The notes: generated from the letters alone by a model not told the origin. Numbered from the stretch's first letter, positions 9,364-21,144 are shown. The stretch: DNA of 64,000 nucleotides from Candidatus Latescibacterota bacterium (GCA_038279365.1 JAYODI010000001.1:96001-160000), one strand, 5' to 3'. Numbers and translations: made by a program.

Positions 9364-11547
9364 ATGATTTCACGGTTTGTAATAGGTATGACGGGGTGCC
9401 TGTGTATTTTGTTTGGGATGCCTTTATTTAAGGGGGCTGTTATGGCGTATGATTTGGTGGCACACCCTCGGATATGGATAACGCAATCACATGTGGCAGA
9501 TTTGGCTAAACATGCAGATGGCGCATTGGGTGTTGAATACACATTGATTAAATCGACCGCAGATGAGGCTGTGCGTATGGGCGTGCAACCTCCTAAAAGC
9601 CGATATCATGCGCCTTTGGATCAATTGTGTTTGGGGATTGCGTATTTGGTTGAGCGCCAAAAAGGCCATCATGTAGATGCCTATGTACAAGCCATTAGAG
9701 ATTATTGGGGAGATGGTTCTGTGCTGGGGTTGGAAGGATCTGGGCATTTTGGATTTCAGGCCTTGGTTTATGACTGGATTTATGATGGGCTGAGTGACGA
9801 AGAGCGTATCCGTTTTGGTGATGCCTTGGGTGAATGGTTGCGGTGGTATACCGACACCCCCGAGATTACACTCAAGAATGGTTCTTGGTGGTATAACCAA
9901 ACATGGGCACCTGCGCATTTGAATACGCCCAATACACGAGATGGTATTACGCCGAAGCTGTTTGTGGCATTGGCCATCGCAAAATCGGGTAGCAAATACG
10001 AAGCTGATGCAAAACAGTTTTTGGATTCATGGGCTACGCGTGTGCCCAAAGAGTGTATTCCAGCTTTTGATCAGATGGGTGGGGTATGGTCAGAAAGTAT
10101 GGGACATGGAAATTATGGACCTGTTGCCGTAATTCCGTGGGCTTTTGAAGGGTGGCGCACGGCAACTGGGGAAGATTTTTTTGCATTGTGTGGTCCTACA
10201 AGCTATTTGACCGAAATGATGGAATGGGCCATCCATTTAAAAATGCCGTGGTGTGATTTGACGGCTTGGATTGATGACAACAGTGGTGTGGATTTGAGTG
10301 GGGTAGCGCGTGTATCTCCGATTTTGGCGGCCCGTTATCACGATCCTGTGGGCAACTGGGTGAGCGATGTGGCACCATCAGACCAATATCGCAGGCCCAA
10401 TTGGTATCGTTTCTTGTTTTATAACCCCACCATAAAATCACAATCTCCTGCTCAAATGAAATACACCTTGTCGCGTCATTTTAAGGGTGCTGGGCATGTG
10501 CATATGCGCAGTGATTGGGAGGACCCCAATGCAACCTGGGCGTTTTTTGGTGTGGGGCCTCGGTTTGGTGCGCATGCCAGAGATGATGAAGGTCATTTTC
10601 TCATTGCCAAAAAAGGTTTGTTGGTTGGTCGTGCCGGTGGCATGGGGCATAATGACAATGATTATTATGCGGGGGGAAGTTTGGCGTTTAATGTGGTGAC
10701 CATTTATGATCACACAGAAGAATTTAGACGTCTTTCACCTGGCCCGCGCGGTATGGCTGCTGGGGGCACAAAAAATGAGAATGATGGGGGCATGATCCGA
10801 TGGGTTTATAATGGGCACCATTATGTGGATCGCGGCAAAATTGTGACGTATCATGATGACGCACAAATTACATATACGGCCGCCGATTTGACGGAGGCAT
10901 ATCGTGCCCATAAGGTGCGTGAGGTGACTCGGCAATTTGCTTATATCAAGGGCAAGCGTGAGTTTTTTGTCATTTTTGATCGGGTGGGGGCAACAGACAA
11001 AGATTTTCCAAAGACGTGGTTTTTGCATATCCCTTCGGAGCCGATGGTTGATGGGCAGGAGACGATATTGGTGGATGGGCATGTTGCAAAATATGAGGGA
11101 CAGACGGCCACGTGGGTGAGTAGCCCTGTTGGCGTTGATCGGGTGTTGAGCAATGGGCGTTCTCGGGCATTTTTAAAAACGCTATTGCCCAAAGGGGCGA
11201 CCGTGACCAAGCGGGGTGGAGATGGGCATGATTTTTGGGGCCATCCATTGGAAAAGACCGCGCAATATAATCATAAAGGGGAGCGAGGGGATCGACCGCC
11301 TGTTGTCCCTTGGCGACTTGAGGTGGCCTCATCGGGTGAGGCTGAACGCGAATACTTTTTGCATGTACTGGAAGTTGGAGACGAATTAGACAGCAAAATG
11401 ACCCCAACCGCGTTGCAATATGAATCTGGGCGGGTTGGTGTTGTGGTGGGAGAAGGGGCTGATGCGGTGACGGTGTGGTTTGCTTTAGAGGGTAAACTTT
11501 CGGGGTGGTTGCAGGTGGGCAAGGGTGAAAAAACGATCTTGGAATAA
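9364..11547 (+). CDS. Secreted heparinase II/III-like protein
   Basis: Signal peptide; 'HPRIW' N-terminus, 'GGVWSESMGHG', 'MRSDWED', C-terminal 'WRLEV...FLHVL' beta-sandwich. Confidence 0.65.
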   Translation: MISRFVIGMTGCLCILFGMPLFKGAVMAYDLVAHPRIWITQSHVADLAKHADGALGVEYTLIKSTADEAVRMGVQPPKSRYHAPLDQLCLGIAYLVERQKGHHVDAYVQAIRDYWGDGSVLGLEGSGHFGFQALVYDWIYDGLSDEERIRFGDALGEWLRWYTDTPEITLKNGSWWYNQTWAPAHLNTPNTRDGITPKLFVALAIAKSGSKYEADAKQFLDSWATRVPKECIPAFDQMGGVWSESMGHGNYGPVAVIPWAFEGWRTATGEDFFALCGPTSYLTEMMEWAIHLKMPWCDLTAWIDDNSGVDLSGVARVSPILAARYHDPVGNWVSDVAPSDQYRRPNWYRFLFYNPTIKSQSPAQMKYTLSRHFKGAGHVHMRSDWEDPNATWAFFGVGPRFGAHARDDEGHFLIAKKGLLVGRAGGMGHNDNDYYAGGSLAFNVVTIYDHTEEFRRLSPGPRGMAAGGTKNENDGGMIRWVYNGHHYVDRGKIVTYHDDAQITYTAADLTEAYRAHKVREVTRQFAYIKGKREFFVIFDRVGATDKDFPKTWFLHIPSEPMVDGQETILVDGHVAKYEGQTATWVSSPVGVDRVLSNGRSRAFLKTLLPKGATVTKRGGDGHDFWGHPLEKTAQYNHKGERGDRPPVVPWRLEVASSGEAEREYFLHVLEVGDELDSKMTPTALQYESGRVGVVVGEGADAVTVWFALEGKLSGWLQVGKGEKTILE

Positions 11548-11573
11548 CCGCCAATTTGACAGGGGAGTGTGTT

Positions 11574-12305
11574 ATGAAAACGGGTGAAGTGCGTTTGTGG
11601 AAATTGACACGCCGGTATGTGCGTGAGGCGATGTTGCGAGGGGAAATTAAAGGTGCCATTTTACCAACGGGAAGCACCGAGCAACACAATGAGCATTTGG
11701 AGATGGAACACGACACGGTCAGTGCATTGCACATGTCTTATCAGGCAGCATTGGAATTGTACCCTCAGGTGGTTGTGGCGCCGCCTTTGTCTGTTGGGAT
11801 TTCTGAACATTGGATGGAGTTTCCCGGAACGTTGAGTTTGCGCCCTGAAACTTTTGTGTCTGTGGCCTATGATATTTGCGACAGTTTACGCAGGCATGGT
11901 ATTGAGCACATTTTGATCGTGAATGGTCATGCGGGTAACCGCCCTTTGGGTGAGCATATGGCAGATTTCCAAAAACGCTTGGGTATTGATGTGCAGTTTT
12001 GTTCTTATTGGGAAGCTTATTCCAAAGAATTTGTGGCAGAGACATTAGATTCGGGGGATTGCCCAGCTCATGCGGCAGAATTTGAAACGTCTATTGCAAT
12101 GGCAGCATTTCCCGAGAATATTCATTGGGAAGGGGTTGATTATGAAGGCGCAAACCTAAAGATTCAACGTGAAGGGTATGCCGAGCGTGATCCTATTTAT
12201 TTTAGAGACGGACGTGATTTAGCCACACCCAAAAAAGGACGAGTGATGGCCGATGTGGCCATTTCGTGGGTATCGGAAAAAATGCAAAAAATGATGAATG
12301 GTTAA
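11574..12305 (+). CDS. Creatininase family amidohydrolase
   Basis: 'LPTGSTEQHNEHL...D', 'VNGHAGN', 'HAAEFETS' motifs. Confidence 0.9.
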   Translation: MKTGEVRLWKLTRRYVREAMLRGEIKGAILPTGSTEQHNEHLEMEHDTVSALHMSYQAALELYPQVVVAPPLSVGISEHWMEFPGTLSLRPETFVSVAYDICDSLRRHGIEHILIVNGHAGNRPLGEHMADFQKRLGIDVQFCSYWEAYSKEFVAETLDSGDCPAHAAEFETSIAMAAFPENIHWEGVDYEGANLKIQREGYAERDPIYFRDGRDLATPKKGRVMADVAISWVSEKMQKMMNG

Positions 12306-12325
12306 GCGTAAAAAAGGACAATAAT

Positions 12326-13906
12326 ATGCTTGTGGGTTATGTGAGTGATGAGCGCTATATCGCGTTGATTGATGTGTTGTTTGAGTTTGAAGGTGATGGT
12401 GTGGTTGTTGCTGCACGATCGAGTGCTTCGGGTGCTGTATATGCAGATATTATGCCCGGTAGATATCGTGTTACTTTGGCCAAGGACGGTTTTGGCGCTA
12501 AGATTGTGACTGTGGATGTTCGGGAAGATTCGGTTCATCAGTTCCGATTGTTATCGGATTGTTTGTTGGGATATATGTGGCCCAAGTGTGTCATGGCGGG
12601 TGAATCATCTGAGTTTCGGGTACATTCACCGGAAGCCTATAAGTTGGAACTGTGGCGTTATGGGTGGGAAAAAGAATTTATAAAGACCATTGGTTGGTAT
12701 GATGAGCATGGGCCACGGGCCACTGTGCAATTAAGCCCTGATGGCGATTATTGTCAAACGGGTGTCCAATGGAATACATTTGGATACACCAGTCCACATC
12801 ACAAACAATATGTAAAAGCACCTGAACGCTCGGGGCTTTATTATTTGCATGCCAGGGGAGAGTCTGGGGCATTTTTTTCTTTTCCGTGGGTGGTGGCTCC
12901 TGCAAAACCACAGGCCGATATTGCTGTGTTGGCATCGGATATTTCGTGGACGGCATATAACAATTTTGGTGGGCGCAGCAATTATATTCATCCCAATCAA
13001 TTGCCTCCAACACCGACGAGCAACGCGCGTTTGCAACTGCATAGATACACCAACCCAGAACATGTGAATTATGATTCAGATACGTATTTGCCCTTGTCAT
13101 TTGATCGCCCTGAGTGGGTTAATTTTGTGGACAAAGATGTACAAGTGACCGACCCAATAGAAGGGCGGGCAGGATGTCATTTGGCACCTGCCGAGTGGCG
13201 GTTGTTGGGGTGGTTGGAACGGGAAGGGTTTGCCTATGATTATTATTCGGAAACACAGTTCCATTTTGAAAAAATGGATTTGGATGCGTATCGCATTTTG
13301 ATTATTAGCACACATCCTGAATATTGGTCGCGAAGGATGTATGATCGACTTAAGGCGTGGGTGTTTGATAGGGGAGGGAAGTTGCTTTATTTGGGAGGTA
13401 ACGGTCTGAATTGCGAAGTGGAATTTTTAGATGAATCAACAATGGTGGTGCAAAATGACAATGGTTATAAGGTGCGTGAAATGGGCACAGACAGTCGTTT
13501 GGCATATCGGTATGAATCGGAAGCCAATTTGTTGGGTGTGCAATATACAACCGCAGGTATTATGACTGCTGCGCCCTATAAGGTGATAGATGCCGACCAT
13601 TGGGTTTTTGAGGGCACGGGTGTCAAGAACGGCGATTTGTTTGGTGAAAAGAGTTTACACCAGCGTATTCCAGGTGGGGCATCAGGGCATGAAACGGATA
13701 AGATCATGCCCGATTCACCGCCCAATACACACTTGCTTGCCCGAGGAGAAAACCCAGACAACGGGGGGGCTGACATGGTGGTGTTTGACACCCACAGTGG
13801 TGGGGCGGTGTTTTCTGTAGGATCGATTACTTATGTGAGTTCTATTTTGGTGGATGATGTGGTGTCACAACTTACGGCCAATGTGTTGCGCAAATTTTTG
13901 ACATAA
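12326..13906 (+). CDS. N,N-dimethylformamidase large subunit-like protein with N-terminal carboxypeptidase-regulatory-like domain
   Basis: 'SWTAYNNFGG', 'LSFDRP', 'HPEYWS', 'YLGGNG', 'GHETD', 'GAVFSVGSI' motifs. Confidence 0.75.
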   Translation: MLVGYVSDERYIALIDVLFEFEGDGVVVAARSSASGAVYADIMPGRYRVTLAKDGFGAKIVTVDVREDSVHQFRLLSDCLLGYMWPKCVMAGESSEFRVHSPEAYKLELWRYGWEKEFIKTIGWYDEHGPRATVQLSPDGDYCQTGVQWNTFGYTSPHHKQYVKAPERSGLYYLHARGESGAFFSFPWVVAPAKPQADIAVLASDISWTAYNNFGGRSNYIHPNQLPPTPTSNARLQLHRYTNPEHVNYDSDTYLPLSFDRPEWVNFVDKDVQVTDPIEGRAGCHLAPAEWRLLGWLEREGFAYDYYSETQFHFEKMDLDAYRILIISTHPEYWSRRMYDRLKAWVFDRGGKLLYLGGNGLNCEVEFLDESTMVVQNDNGYKVREMGTDSRLAYRYESEANLLGVQYTTAGIMTAAPYKVIDADHWVFEGTGVKNGDLFGEKSLHQRIPGGASGHETDKIMPDSPPNTHLLARGENPDNGGADMVVFDTHSGGAVFSVGSITYVSSILVDDVVSQLTANVLRKFLT

Positions 13907-13916
13907 CGGTTCTTGA

Positions 13917-14684
13917 TTATCCTCGGCCAATGTATGGCATTTTGGTGGCCGTAATGGTGAGAAATGGCACGTTGGCATCCAGTGGAAGGCTGGCCATATA
14001 GAGAACGGCTTGGGCCACATTGTCGGCATGCATGCGGGGTTCTATAATGGTGTCGCCATTGGGTTGTAGGGCACCTTTACCAAGGCCATCAGACATTGTG
14101 GTAATGGCATTGCCGATATCAATTTGACCGCAGGCAATGTTGTATTTTCGTCCATCGAGAGAAGCCGATTTGGTTAGGCCAGTAATGGCGTGTTTCGTGG
14201 CGGTATACGGTGCAGAGTTGGGGCGTGGTACATGGGCAGAAACAGAACCATTGTTGATAATGCGCCCGCCTTGAGGGTTTTGTTTTTTCATGATTTTGAA
14301 TGCTTCTTGCGTACACAAAAAAGTGCCTGTGAGATTGGTATTTATAACGGCCTGCCATTTGTCGAGTGGCAAATCTTCGAGTAAAACACCGGGTGCGCCA
14401 AATCCTGCATTGTTAAAAAGCACATCAAGACGGCCATAGGTTTTTTCTGTTTGGGCAAATAAGTTTTGAACAGCCTTTTGGTCACTTATGTCGGTTGGGA
14501 CAATCATTGTTTTTGATTTGTCTACGCCTGCTTCTGCAACCGTTTCCCAAAGAGGTTCTTCACGACGCCCTGCCAAAACGACGCTGTAGCCCGCATTTAA
14601 AAAGGCAAGTGTTGTGTGTTTGCCTATGCCCGTTCCTGCTCCTGTGATGATGGCAATTTTGCTTGATGTGCTCATATGGGGCAT
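13917..14684 (-). CDS. SDR family oxidoreductase
   Basis: 'TGAGTGIG', 'NNAG', catalytic YxxxK 'YTATK'. Confidence 0.92.
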   Translation of the reverse strand: MPHMSTSSKIAIITGAGTGIGKHTTLAFLNAGYSVVLAGRREEPLWETVAEAGVDKSKTMIVPTDISDQKAVQNLFAQTEKTYGRLDVLFNNAGFGAPGVLLEDLPLDKWQAVINTNLTGTFLCTQEAFKIMKKQNPQGGRIINNGSVSAHVPRPNSAPYTATKHAITGLTKSASLDGRKYNIACGQIDIGNAITTMSDGLGKGALQPNGDTIIEPRMHADNVAQAVLYMASLPLDANVPFLTITATKMPYIGRG

Positions 14685-14689
14685 GTCCT

Positions 14690-15481
14690 TTATTGTTTTT
14701 TTGAGTCAAAAAGAGATGGGAAGTGTAAGTAGGGTTCACCGGGTGGTAAAAAGAGTGTTTTTTGACGCGGTGTAAGTTCTGTGTTTGTGGGTTCTTCAAC
14801 GCGGTCAGATTTCCAGGCCGTATGAGAAACACAATATTTATAAAGCAATGAACGTCTGTGATGTGTGCCAGTCCATGCGGCAGTGCCATGGGTGAGGGCT
14901 TCGGAGAACAAAACGACAGAGCCTGCTGGCGCGTGTGGCATGATGACCTTGGACGATTTTTCGGGTGCTTCAAAAATTTCGTTGGGTAATCTGTAATTGC
15001 TTTTGTGACTTCCAGGAATACAACAAAAACCGCCATAATCTGGGCCTGTGTCTGAAAGACACCACGTGACGACAGTAAAGCCCTGTGTGATTTCGTGCTG
15101 AGGAAAATGAAAATATTCTCCTGGTATCGAATGAGAAATGCGAGACATAGCCCCATAGTCTGCGTGTAAACGGCCTCGCCTCATGCCATTTTCCATTTGA
15201 ATGCCATAGATGCGGTCGAGACGGAAACAGTCGCCCAAACGGAATTGTAAGATGGCCATGACTGTGGGGTGATCGAGCAAATCGCAAAAGGGTTTTCCCC
15301 ATTGTAAAAAACCAGAACCATTGGGGGCACTGCCAAATCTGCTTTGTTCTTTGGGCGGTGGCAATTCTTGCTGGTCGATCAGGGTGTTGAGTGTTTTAAG
15401 CTCTTGTTGATTGAGAACATTTTCAACGACCAAATACCCTTGCAGATCAAACAGATACTTCTGCATTTCAAGATTATCCAT
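14690..15481 (-). CDS. PhyH family Fe(II)/2OG oxygenase
   Basis: 'YLFDLQGY', '[11 protein letters not shown]', 'EALTHGT'; start at MDNLEM removes the overlap with the divergent gene. Confidence 0.85.
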   Translation of the reverse strand: MDNLEMQKYLFDLQGYLVVENVLNQQELKTLNTLIDQQELPPPKEQSRFGSAPNGSGFLQWGKPFCDLLDHPTVMAILQFRLGDCFRLDRIYGIQMENGMRRGRLHADYGAMSRISHSIPGEYFHFPQHEITQGFTVVTWCLSDTGPDYGGFCCIPGSHKSNYRLPNEIFEAPEKSSKVIMPHAPAGSVVLFSEALTHGTAAWTGTHHRRSLLYKYCVSHTAWKSDRVEEPTNTELTPRQKTLFLPPGEPYLHFPSLFDSKKQ

Positions 15482-15603
15482 AGCAGAATCCTTTGGGTGG
15501 TGTGTGGTTTTGTGCTGTGCAGTTGTTGCATTGTAAGGAATTTTTAGGAAAGATGCCAGTTTTGCAAATTGAGGCCTGTGTTGATTTTCGGGAAGGATGT
15601 GCA

Positions 15604-16791
15604 ATGATGTTGCGAAAGCTTTTATGGGGTTTGTGTTTGGGGTGCCTGTCTTTCTTGTCATTACAAGATGTGGGTGGAGAGGAACCCCTCTTTATATATA
15701 AGTCGGGGACGTCATACGGATTTATCAACGCGATGGGTCATGTGGTGATTGATGCTCAGTATGTGGGTGTGAAAGAATTTCAGGAAGGTTTGGCGGCGGT
15801 GAATGTGAACGATGATATGTCTTTGGGGCAATGGGGATATATTGATCCACTGGGCAATATGGTTATTGAACCTCAATATTGGTTGGCCAGTTCGTTTTCG
15901 GAAGGTTTGGCGGCCGTATTGCCCACGGGAGGCGTCAATTGGTCGTATATTGATGCGACAGGCAAGGTGTTGATCAGTCGGTTAACAGAGAAGAAGCCTT
16001 TTATTTATGGCGCACAACCGTTTAAAAATGGTGTGGCATGTGTGGAAGCAGCAAAAGACAGAACCGCGTTTAAGCGCACAGAAGGTTTTCAATCGAAAAA
16101 GCGTACGGGCCAAAAAGGTATGTGGGGGTTTGTGGATGCACTTGGGCGTGTGATTGCGCTCGATTTTGATCATGCAATGTCATTTGTGGATGGTCTTGCG
16201 GTGGTTGAAAAAGATGGCAAAATAGGGTATGTAACGCCCGATGGTGTTTTTGCTATTGTGCCCCAGTTTGAAAAGGCGAGTAGTTTTTCGGAAGGCTTGG
16301 CGTGTGTGCAGATCAAAAATAAATATGGGTATATTAACACCTCTGGCAAATTTGTTATTGAACCTATTTATGATTTGGGAGGTAGTTTTTCTGAAGGTTT
16401 TGCACGTGTGAAGACAAAGGGGAAATATGGCTTTGTTGATGCAACGGGCAACATGGTGATTGCCCCTGTTTATGATCGGGCGTTGGGGTTTTCTGAGGGT
16501 TTTGCGGTGGTGGTTCAAAATGGTAAATATGGACACTTAGATCGTAGTGGAAAAATGCTTGCTGATCAGGTGTTTGATTTTGCACAAGATTTTTCTGAAG
16601 GGTTGGCGGCTGTGAAAGTAGGGGATAAATGGGGATATGTTGATGAAATGGGAAATATGGTGATTGAACCACAGTTTGATCTGATAGCGTCTTTCCATGA
16701 AGGTTTGGCGCGTGTGGGGTGGGGGCGGTCTTGGGCCGACGCAAAGTGGGGATATGTGGATCGAATGGGAAAACTTGTTTATCGGGAATAG
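15604..16791 (+). CDS. WG-repeat-containing secreted protein
   Basis: Signal peptide and many 'FSEGLA.V...KWGY(I/V)D..G..VI.P.F' repeats. Confidence 0.92.
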   Translation: MMLRKLLWGLCLGCLSFLSLQDVGGEEPLFIYKSGTSYGFINAMGHVVIDAQYVGVKEFQEGLAAVNVNDDMSLGQWGYIDPLGNMVIEPQYWLASSFSEGLAAVLPTGGVNWSYIDATGKVLISRLTEKKPFIYGAQPFKNGVACVEAAKDRTAFKRTEGFQSKKRTGQKGMWGFVDALGRVIALDFDHAMSFVDGLAVVEKDGKIGYVTPDGVFAIVPQFEKASSFSEGLACVQIKNKYGYINTSGKFVIEPIYDLGGSFSEGFARVKTKGKYGFVDATGNMVIAPVYDRALGFSEGFAVVVQNGKYGHLDRSGKMLADQVFDFAQDFSEGLAAVKVGDKWGYVDEMGNMVIEPQFDLIASFHEGLARVGWGRSWADAKWGYVDRMGKLVYRE

Positions 16792-16865
16792 ATGCTTTTT
16801 TTAAAAAAGAGACCATTGCAATTGGGCAGTGATTGTTGTGGGGCAATACAAATAAGAGGGCAGAT

Positions 16866-18572
16866 ATGGAAGATCGCAGCCGTGACTGGCTTATTGGATA
16901 CATGACTCAGAGAATACCAAACTCACCACGTCGAGAAAAATATCTTGGGTTGTTCAATGATACATTGGATGACACATATTTGGGGTTGGATTTGGCGTGG
17001 TTGCGCAATGGGCAACAGGCAGGGTATTTTGCGCGGTCTCAAACCAATATTATTGGCCGGTTGGCTTTTGCGTGGCACACTGAAGGGTTAGATTTTTATC
17101 AGGATGAAGAGGTAGGTGATATGCTCAGGCTGGCATTTCTGGCGGTGGCCGATCATATTACACCCGAAGGGCAATTTGTGTGGCCCAATGACAAAGATAT
17201 GTATTGGGCCGGTAGCCATGAACATGCTTGGCGGTTGGAACCTTTGTTGATGGGATTTATTTGGGCCGACGCGGTCTTTTCTGATGATGAACGTGATCAT
17301 GTGGCTGCTGCATTGCATCGGGCATCTGAGTGGTTGGTTGCCAACCCGTGTATTGAGCACAACAACAGGGGCATTGTTTGGTGTGCCATTGTGATGTTGT
17401 GCGGTTTGTATTATGAAGAGCCTGTTATGCAAGATGTGGCCGCATCAGAGATTGAAACCATTTTGCGTGGTGTGATTCTTGACGATGGTGAAATTGGCGA
17501 GCATACCGAACAGTATGCAGGGGGTGGGCCGTGCACAAACTATACATATACTGGCTTGGGATATGTATATCTTTATCGTCTTTTTTCAGGTGATGCTCGT
17601 TTTGATGATTTGTTGATGCAAGGTGCGCGCTGGTTGTCTATGTACAACAGTAAAAGTGGGTATCCATTGGTTGCTGGGGCTTCTGTGCGGGTTGCCAAAC
17701 CCAATCCTGCGTTGGTGGATGCATTGCCTTTTTGGGAGTGGGCTTCTCTGTCAGATCCATTTTTTGCACAGATAGCCGAATTGCATTTAAAAAAAATAAT
17801 TTCGACTCAAAGTGGTATAGGGACACACATTATTTCACCGATTATTTGGGCAATGTTGGCGCGAGGGGATAAAATTGGGCCAACGCCTGAGTGGTACACG
17901 GCTTGGACAAATGTGTATGAACGCCCCAATGTGCACTATGCATTGGTGGGGCGGCGCTATCAAACGGGTATTACGTTCCGTGCGCGTTTGGGGCCTTATC
18001 GCGATATTCCAGAAGAGGGCGTTCACTTAAGAGGGATGCAAACATTTGCTTATGAGAATGAGGTACCGATTCTTTTTCATGGGCGTAACATTGTTTCTAC
18101 AACACGTGTGGGGCATATTGATACTTGCCTGGAAAATGCTTTGGCAGTGGTTAGGCATAAGCAGGGGGAGTTGGATATCATTTGTGAGCAGCGTGAAGGC
18201 TTAAAAACGCTTTATGTGTTTACGCCTATATCTGTTGTGGTTATACACAAGAGTGATGGGGAAAACATACGTAGTTTTTGGTCGTTATTTGAAGCCCATT
18301 CTGAAAATATTGCGCAGGATCGAAATGGGCGTGTGGTTGCTTTTTCTGGGCGTGTTGGCCGGGTATATTATTTGGCCGGGCGTGCCGAACTGTATGCACA
18401 CGAGGAAGGTGAAGAAAAACGGTGGATGCTGGATGTGATTGCTGATGCATCTATGACTGCTGTTGCTTTTTCGGATGCGTCATTTACGTTTGGCGATTTT
18501 AAGTCTGATCTGTTTGCCTTTTCGGATGCTTCAGGCGTTTATGAAATACCCGTATCAGATAAGTGTTTGTGA
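16866..18572 (+). CDS. Hypothetical protein, possible alpha/alpha-toroid lyase-like fold
   Basis: Long ORF with host codon style; 'HNNRG' and helical N-terminal half reminiscent of alginate lyase/heparinase folds (weak). Confidence 0.55.
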   Translation: MEDRSRDWLIGYMTQRIPNSPRREKYLGLFNDTLDDTYLGLDLAWLRNGQQAGYFARSQTNIIGRLAFAWHTEGLDFYQDEEVGDMLRLAFLAVADHITPEGQFVWPNDKDMYWAGSHEHAWRLEPLLMGFIWADAVFSDDERDHVAAALHRASEWLVANPCIEHNNRGIVWCAIVMLCGLYYEEPVMQDVAASEIETILRGVILDDGEIGEHTEQYAGGGPCTNYTYTGLGYVYLYRLFSGDARFDDLLMQGARWLSMYNSKSGYPLVAGASVRVAKPNPALVDALPFWEWASLSDPFFAQIAELHLKKIISTQSGIGTHIISPIIWAMLARGDKIGPTPEWYTAWTNVYERPNVHYALVGRRYQTGITFRARLGPYRDIPEEGVHLRGMQTFAYENEVPILFHGRNIVSTTRVGHIDTCLENALAVVRHKQGELDIICEQREGLKTLYVFTPISVVVIHKSDGENIRSFWSLFEAHSENIAQDRNGRVVAFSGRVGRVYYLAGRAELYAHEEGEEKRWMLDVIADASMTAVAFSDASFTFGDFKSDLFAFSDASGVYEIPVSDKCL

Positions 18573-18595
18573 TAATTTTTAATGCTGTTCAACAT

Positions 18596-18632
18596 AAAAA
18601 AAGACCGACACAATGCGTGTCGGTCTTTTTTT
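18596..18632. terminator. Bidirectional intrinsic terminator
   Basis: A7-GACCGACAC / GTGTCGGTC-T7 between convergent genes. Confidence 0.85.
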
Positions 18633-18650
18633 ATTGATGGATCGAGAAAC

Positions 18651-20831
18651 TTATTTGATAAACAAAATTTCTTGATAGGTTGGCAATGGCCATAAATCGT
18701 CGGCGACAATGCCTTCTAATGCATCTGCACAATTGCGCACGGCCAACATCGCGGGCAATATTTTATTGCAGGCGTGTTTGGCTTCTGCGAGCATTGATTT
18801 GTCTTCATGCACCATTACTTTTTCCAATGCCGCAATGCTGTTGTTTAAGTCTTTGATCAAACCAGAGAGTTTGGTGAGTGTTGCTGAATCATAGTCTGCA
18901 CCAATGGCTTTGAGATTTGCTGCGGCCTGTGCCAATTCGCTTTGATATCGAACAGCTGCAGGATAGATAATGGTTTGTGCCATTTCGATCGTGAGTTTGG
19001 CTTCGACACTGACGGTTTTGCAATATTGTTCAAAGTAGATTTCTGAACGGCTATGCAATTCGCGCTTTGACAGAACTTTGTATTTGCCAAAGAGGGCAAT
19101 AGATTCTTTGGACGTGATGGCTGGCAATGCGTCTACGGTGGTTTTTAAATTGGGGAGGCCACGTTTGGCGGCTTCGGCATGCCATTCTTCTGAATAACCA
19201 TCGCCATTGAAAATGATGGATCCGTGCTCGGTAATAATGCTCTTTAATACTTTTTGAATGGCCGCATTGAGCTTGCTGGGGTCACCCTTGGTTGCATTTT
19301 CGAGTTCATCGGCAATGTATTCGAGTGATTCGGTAACAATGGTGTTCATCACAACCAATGGGCCAGCTATAGATTGGTTGGATGCAACTGCGCGAAACTC
19401 GAAACGATTGCCTGTAAAAGCAAATGGGCTGGTGCGGTTGCGATCACCTGCATCTTTGGGCAGGGGGGGCAAGACATCAACGCCAACGGTGAGCACACCA
19501 CTCTTTTTGGAGGATTTGGCACCACCCGCTTTGATTTGTTCAAATACATCGGTGAGTTGATCGCCCAAGAAAATAGAGATGATGGCTGGTGGGGCTTCGT
19601 TGGCACCCAAACGATGGTCATTGCCGGCAGATGCAACAGCAGCACGCAAGAGTGGTGCGTGCGTGCTTACGGCACGGATAACAGCTGCGCAGAAAACCAA
19701 AAACTGTGCATTGGCGTGTGGTGTATCACCTGGGTCTAAGAGATTGCCTTGGGTGCTGTTGCCCAAAGAAAAGTTGACGTGTTTTCCCGAACCATTGACA
19801 CCCGCAAATGGTTTTTCATGTGTGAGGCAGGCCATCCCATATTTTTCAGCTATGCGTTTGAGCGTGTGCATAATGAGTTGCTGATGGTCTGTGGCCACGT
19901 TGCTGGTTTCAAAAACGGGTGCAATTTCATATTGACCAGGTGCCACTTCATTGTGCCGTGTTTTGATGGGGACACCGAGCTTGAAGAGTTCGTGTTCGGT
20001 TTCGAGCATAAAGGCCAACACACGTTCTGGAATGGCACCGAAATAGTGGTCGTCAAATTCTTGGCCCTTGGGTGGTGCCGCACCAAAGAGTGTGCGCCCT
20101 GCATTGAGCAAGTCTGGTCGAGCAAAGAAAAAGTTGCGATCAACGAGAAAATATTCTTGTTCGGGGCCTGCCGTTGAAGAAACCATGCCCACATTGGTGT
20201 GGCCAAAAAGTTTGAGAATGCGTTGGGCCTGTTTGTCGAGTGCTTGCATAGAGCGCAAAACAGGTGTCTTTTTGTCTAATGCTTCACCCGTCCAGGAGAC
20301 AAACGCTGTTGGGATACACAATGTTGTGCCATTGGGGTTTTCGAGGATGAAGGCTGGGCTGGTGACATCCCAAGCGGTGTAACCACGTGCTTCAAATGTT
20401 TGGCGAATACCACCTGATGGAAAGCTTGATGCATCGGGTTCGCCTTGGATGAGTTGTTTGCCTGAAAATTCATTAACGGCACCGCCAACACCGTCTGGTG
20501 CTAAAAAACTGTCGTGTTTTTCAGCTGTGGATCCCGTAAGGGGATAAAACACGTGGGTATAGTGCGTGGCCCCCTTTTCCATGGCCCAATCTTTCATGGA
20601 AGCAGCTACCACATCTGCTACAGAGCTGTCTAATTTTGCACCTTGTTCGATGGTTTTGATGAGAGACTTGTAAATTTCTTTGGGCAGTCTGCTTTTCATC
20701 ACTTTGATGCTAAATACGTTGGATCCAAAAAGTTCACCACTGTGTGTACCCGCAAAGTCTAATGGCGGGGTTTTGGTAGAATAGTTGGTGACTGCTGAAA
20801 TGGCTTGTAAACGCGATGTGCTTCCGCTCAT
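18651..20831 (-). CDS. glnA: Glutamine synthetase type III
   Basis: 726 aa; '[12 protein letters not shown]', '[11 protein letters not shown]', '[14 protein letters not shown]', '[19 protein letters not shown]'; AAGGAG RBS. Confidence 0.96.
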   Translation of the reverse strand: MSGSTSRLQAISAVTNYSTKTPPLDFAGTHSGELFGSNVFSIKVMKSRLPKEIYKSLIKTIEQGAKLDSSVADVVAASMKDWAMEKGATHYTHVFYPLTGSTAEKHDSFLAPDGVGGAVNEFSGKQLIQGEPDASSFPSGGIRQTFEARGYTAWDVTSPAFILENPNGTTLCIPTAFVSWTGEALDKKTPVLRSMQALDKQAQRILKLFGHTNVGMVSSTAGPEQEYFLVDRNFFFARPDLLNAGRTLFGAAPPKGQEFDDHYFGAIPERVLAFMLETEHELFKLGVPIKTRHNEVAPGQYEIAPVFETSNVATDHQQLIMHTLKRIAEKYGMACLTHEKPFAGVNGSGKHVNFSLGNSTQGNLLDPGDTPHANAQFLVFCAAVIRAVSTHAPLLRAAVASAGNDHRLGANEAPPAIISIFLGDQLTDVFEQIKAGGAKSSKKSGVLTVGVDVLPPLPKDAGDRNRTSPFAFTGNRFEFRAVASNQSIAGPLVVMNTIVTESLEYIADELENATKGDPSKLNAAIQKVLKSIITEHGSIIFNGDGYSEEWHAEAAKRGLPNLKTTVDALPAITSKESIALFGKYKVLSKRELHSRSEIYFEQYCKTVSVEAKLTIEMAQTIIYPAAVRYQSELAQAAANLKAIGADYDSATLTKLSGLIKDLNNSIAALEKVMVHEDKSMLAEAKHACNKILPAMLAVRNCADALEGIVADDLWPLPTYQEILFIK

Positions 20832-21144
20832 GGTTATGCTCCTTCATTTTGTTAAAGTGGCGTCAAAAGCTTTATTTTTAGTTATGTGCTTTTGAATTGA
20901 TTGAAGAATATATCAACATTGTGTTTCAAAAATATGAACAGGAGGTAAAATTTCTGACTTTTTTTTATCTTTTTTCCCCATTTGTAATACTTAGGTCTAC
21001 TTTATTGTGCCTGAAGCACTATAAAAAAGTCTTTGCAAGGGATATTTAAAACGTTTCTTTTGAATATTGATTTATGTGACCTACCAAACTTCAAAATGGA
21101 AGCACTTTTTTTTTACAATCGGGTGCTTGAAGGGGATATGAAAG

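Noticed and set aside
15482-15661. Overlapping divergent genes (PhyH and WG-repeat ORFs)
   Set aside because: Artefact of longest-ORF calling; starts at 15481 (-) and 15604 (+) remove the overlap
20832-21144. Glutamine riboswitch upstream of glutamine synthetase
   Set aside because: AT-rich region with only a weak hairpin; I could not identify the glnA motif by eye
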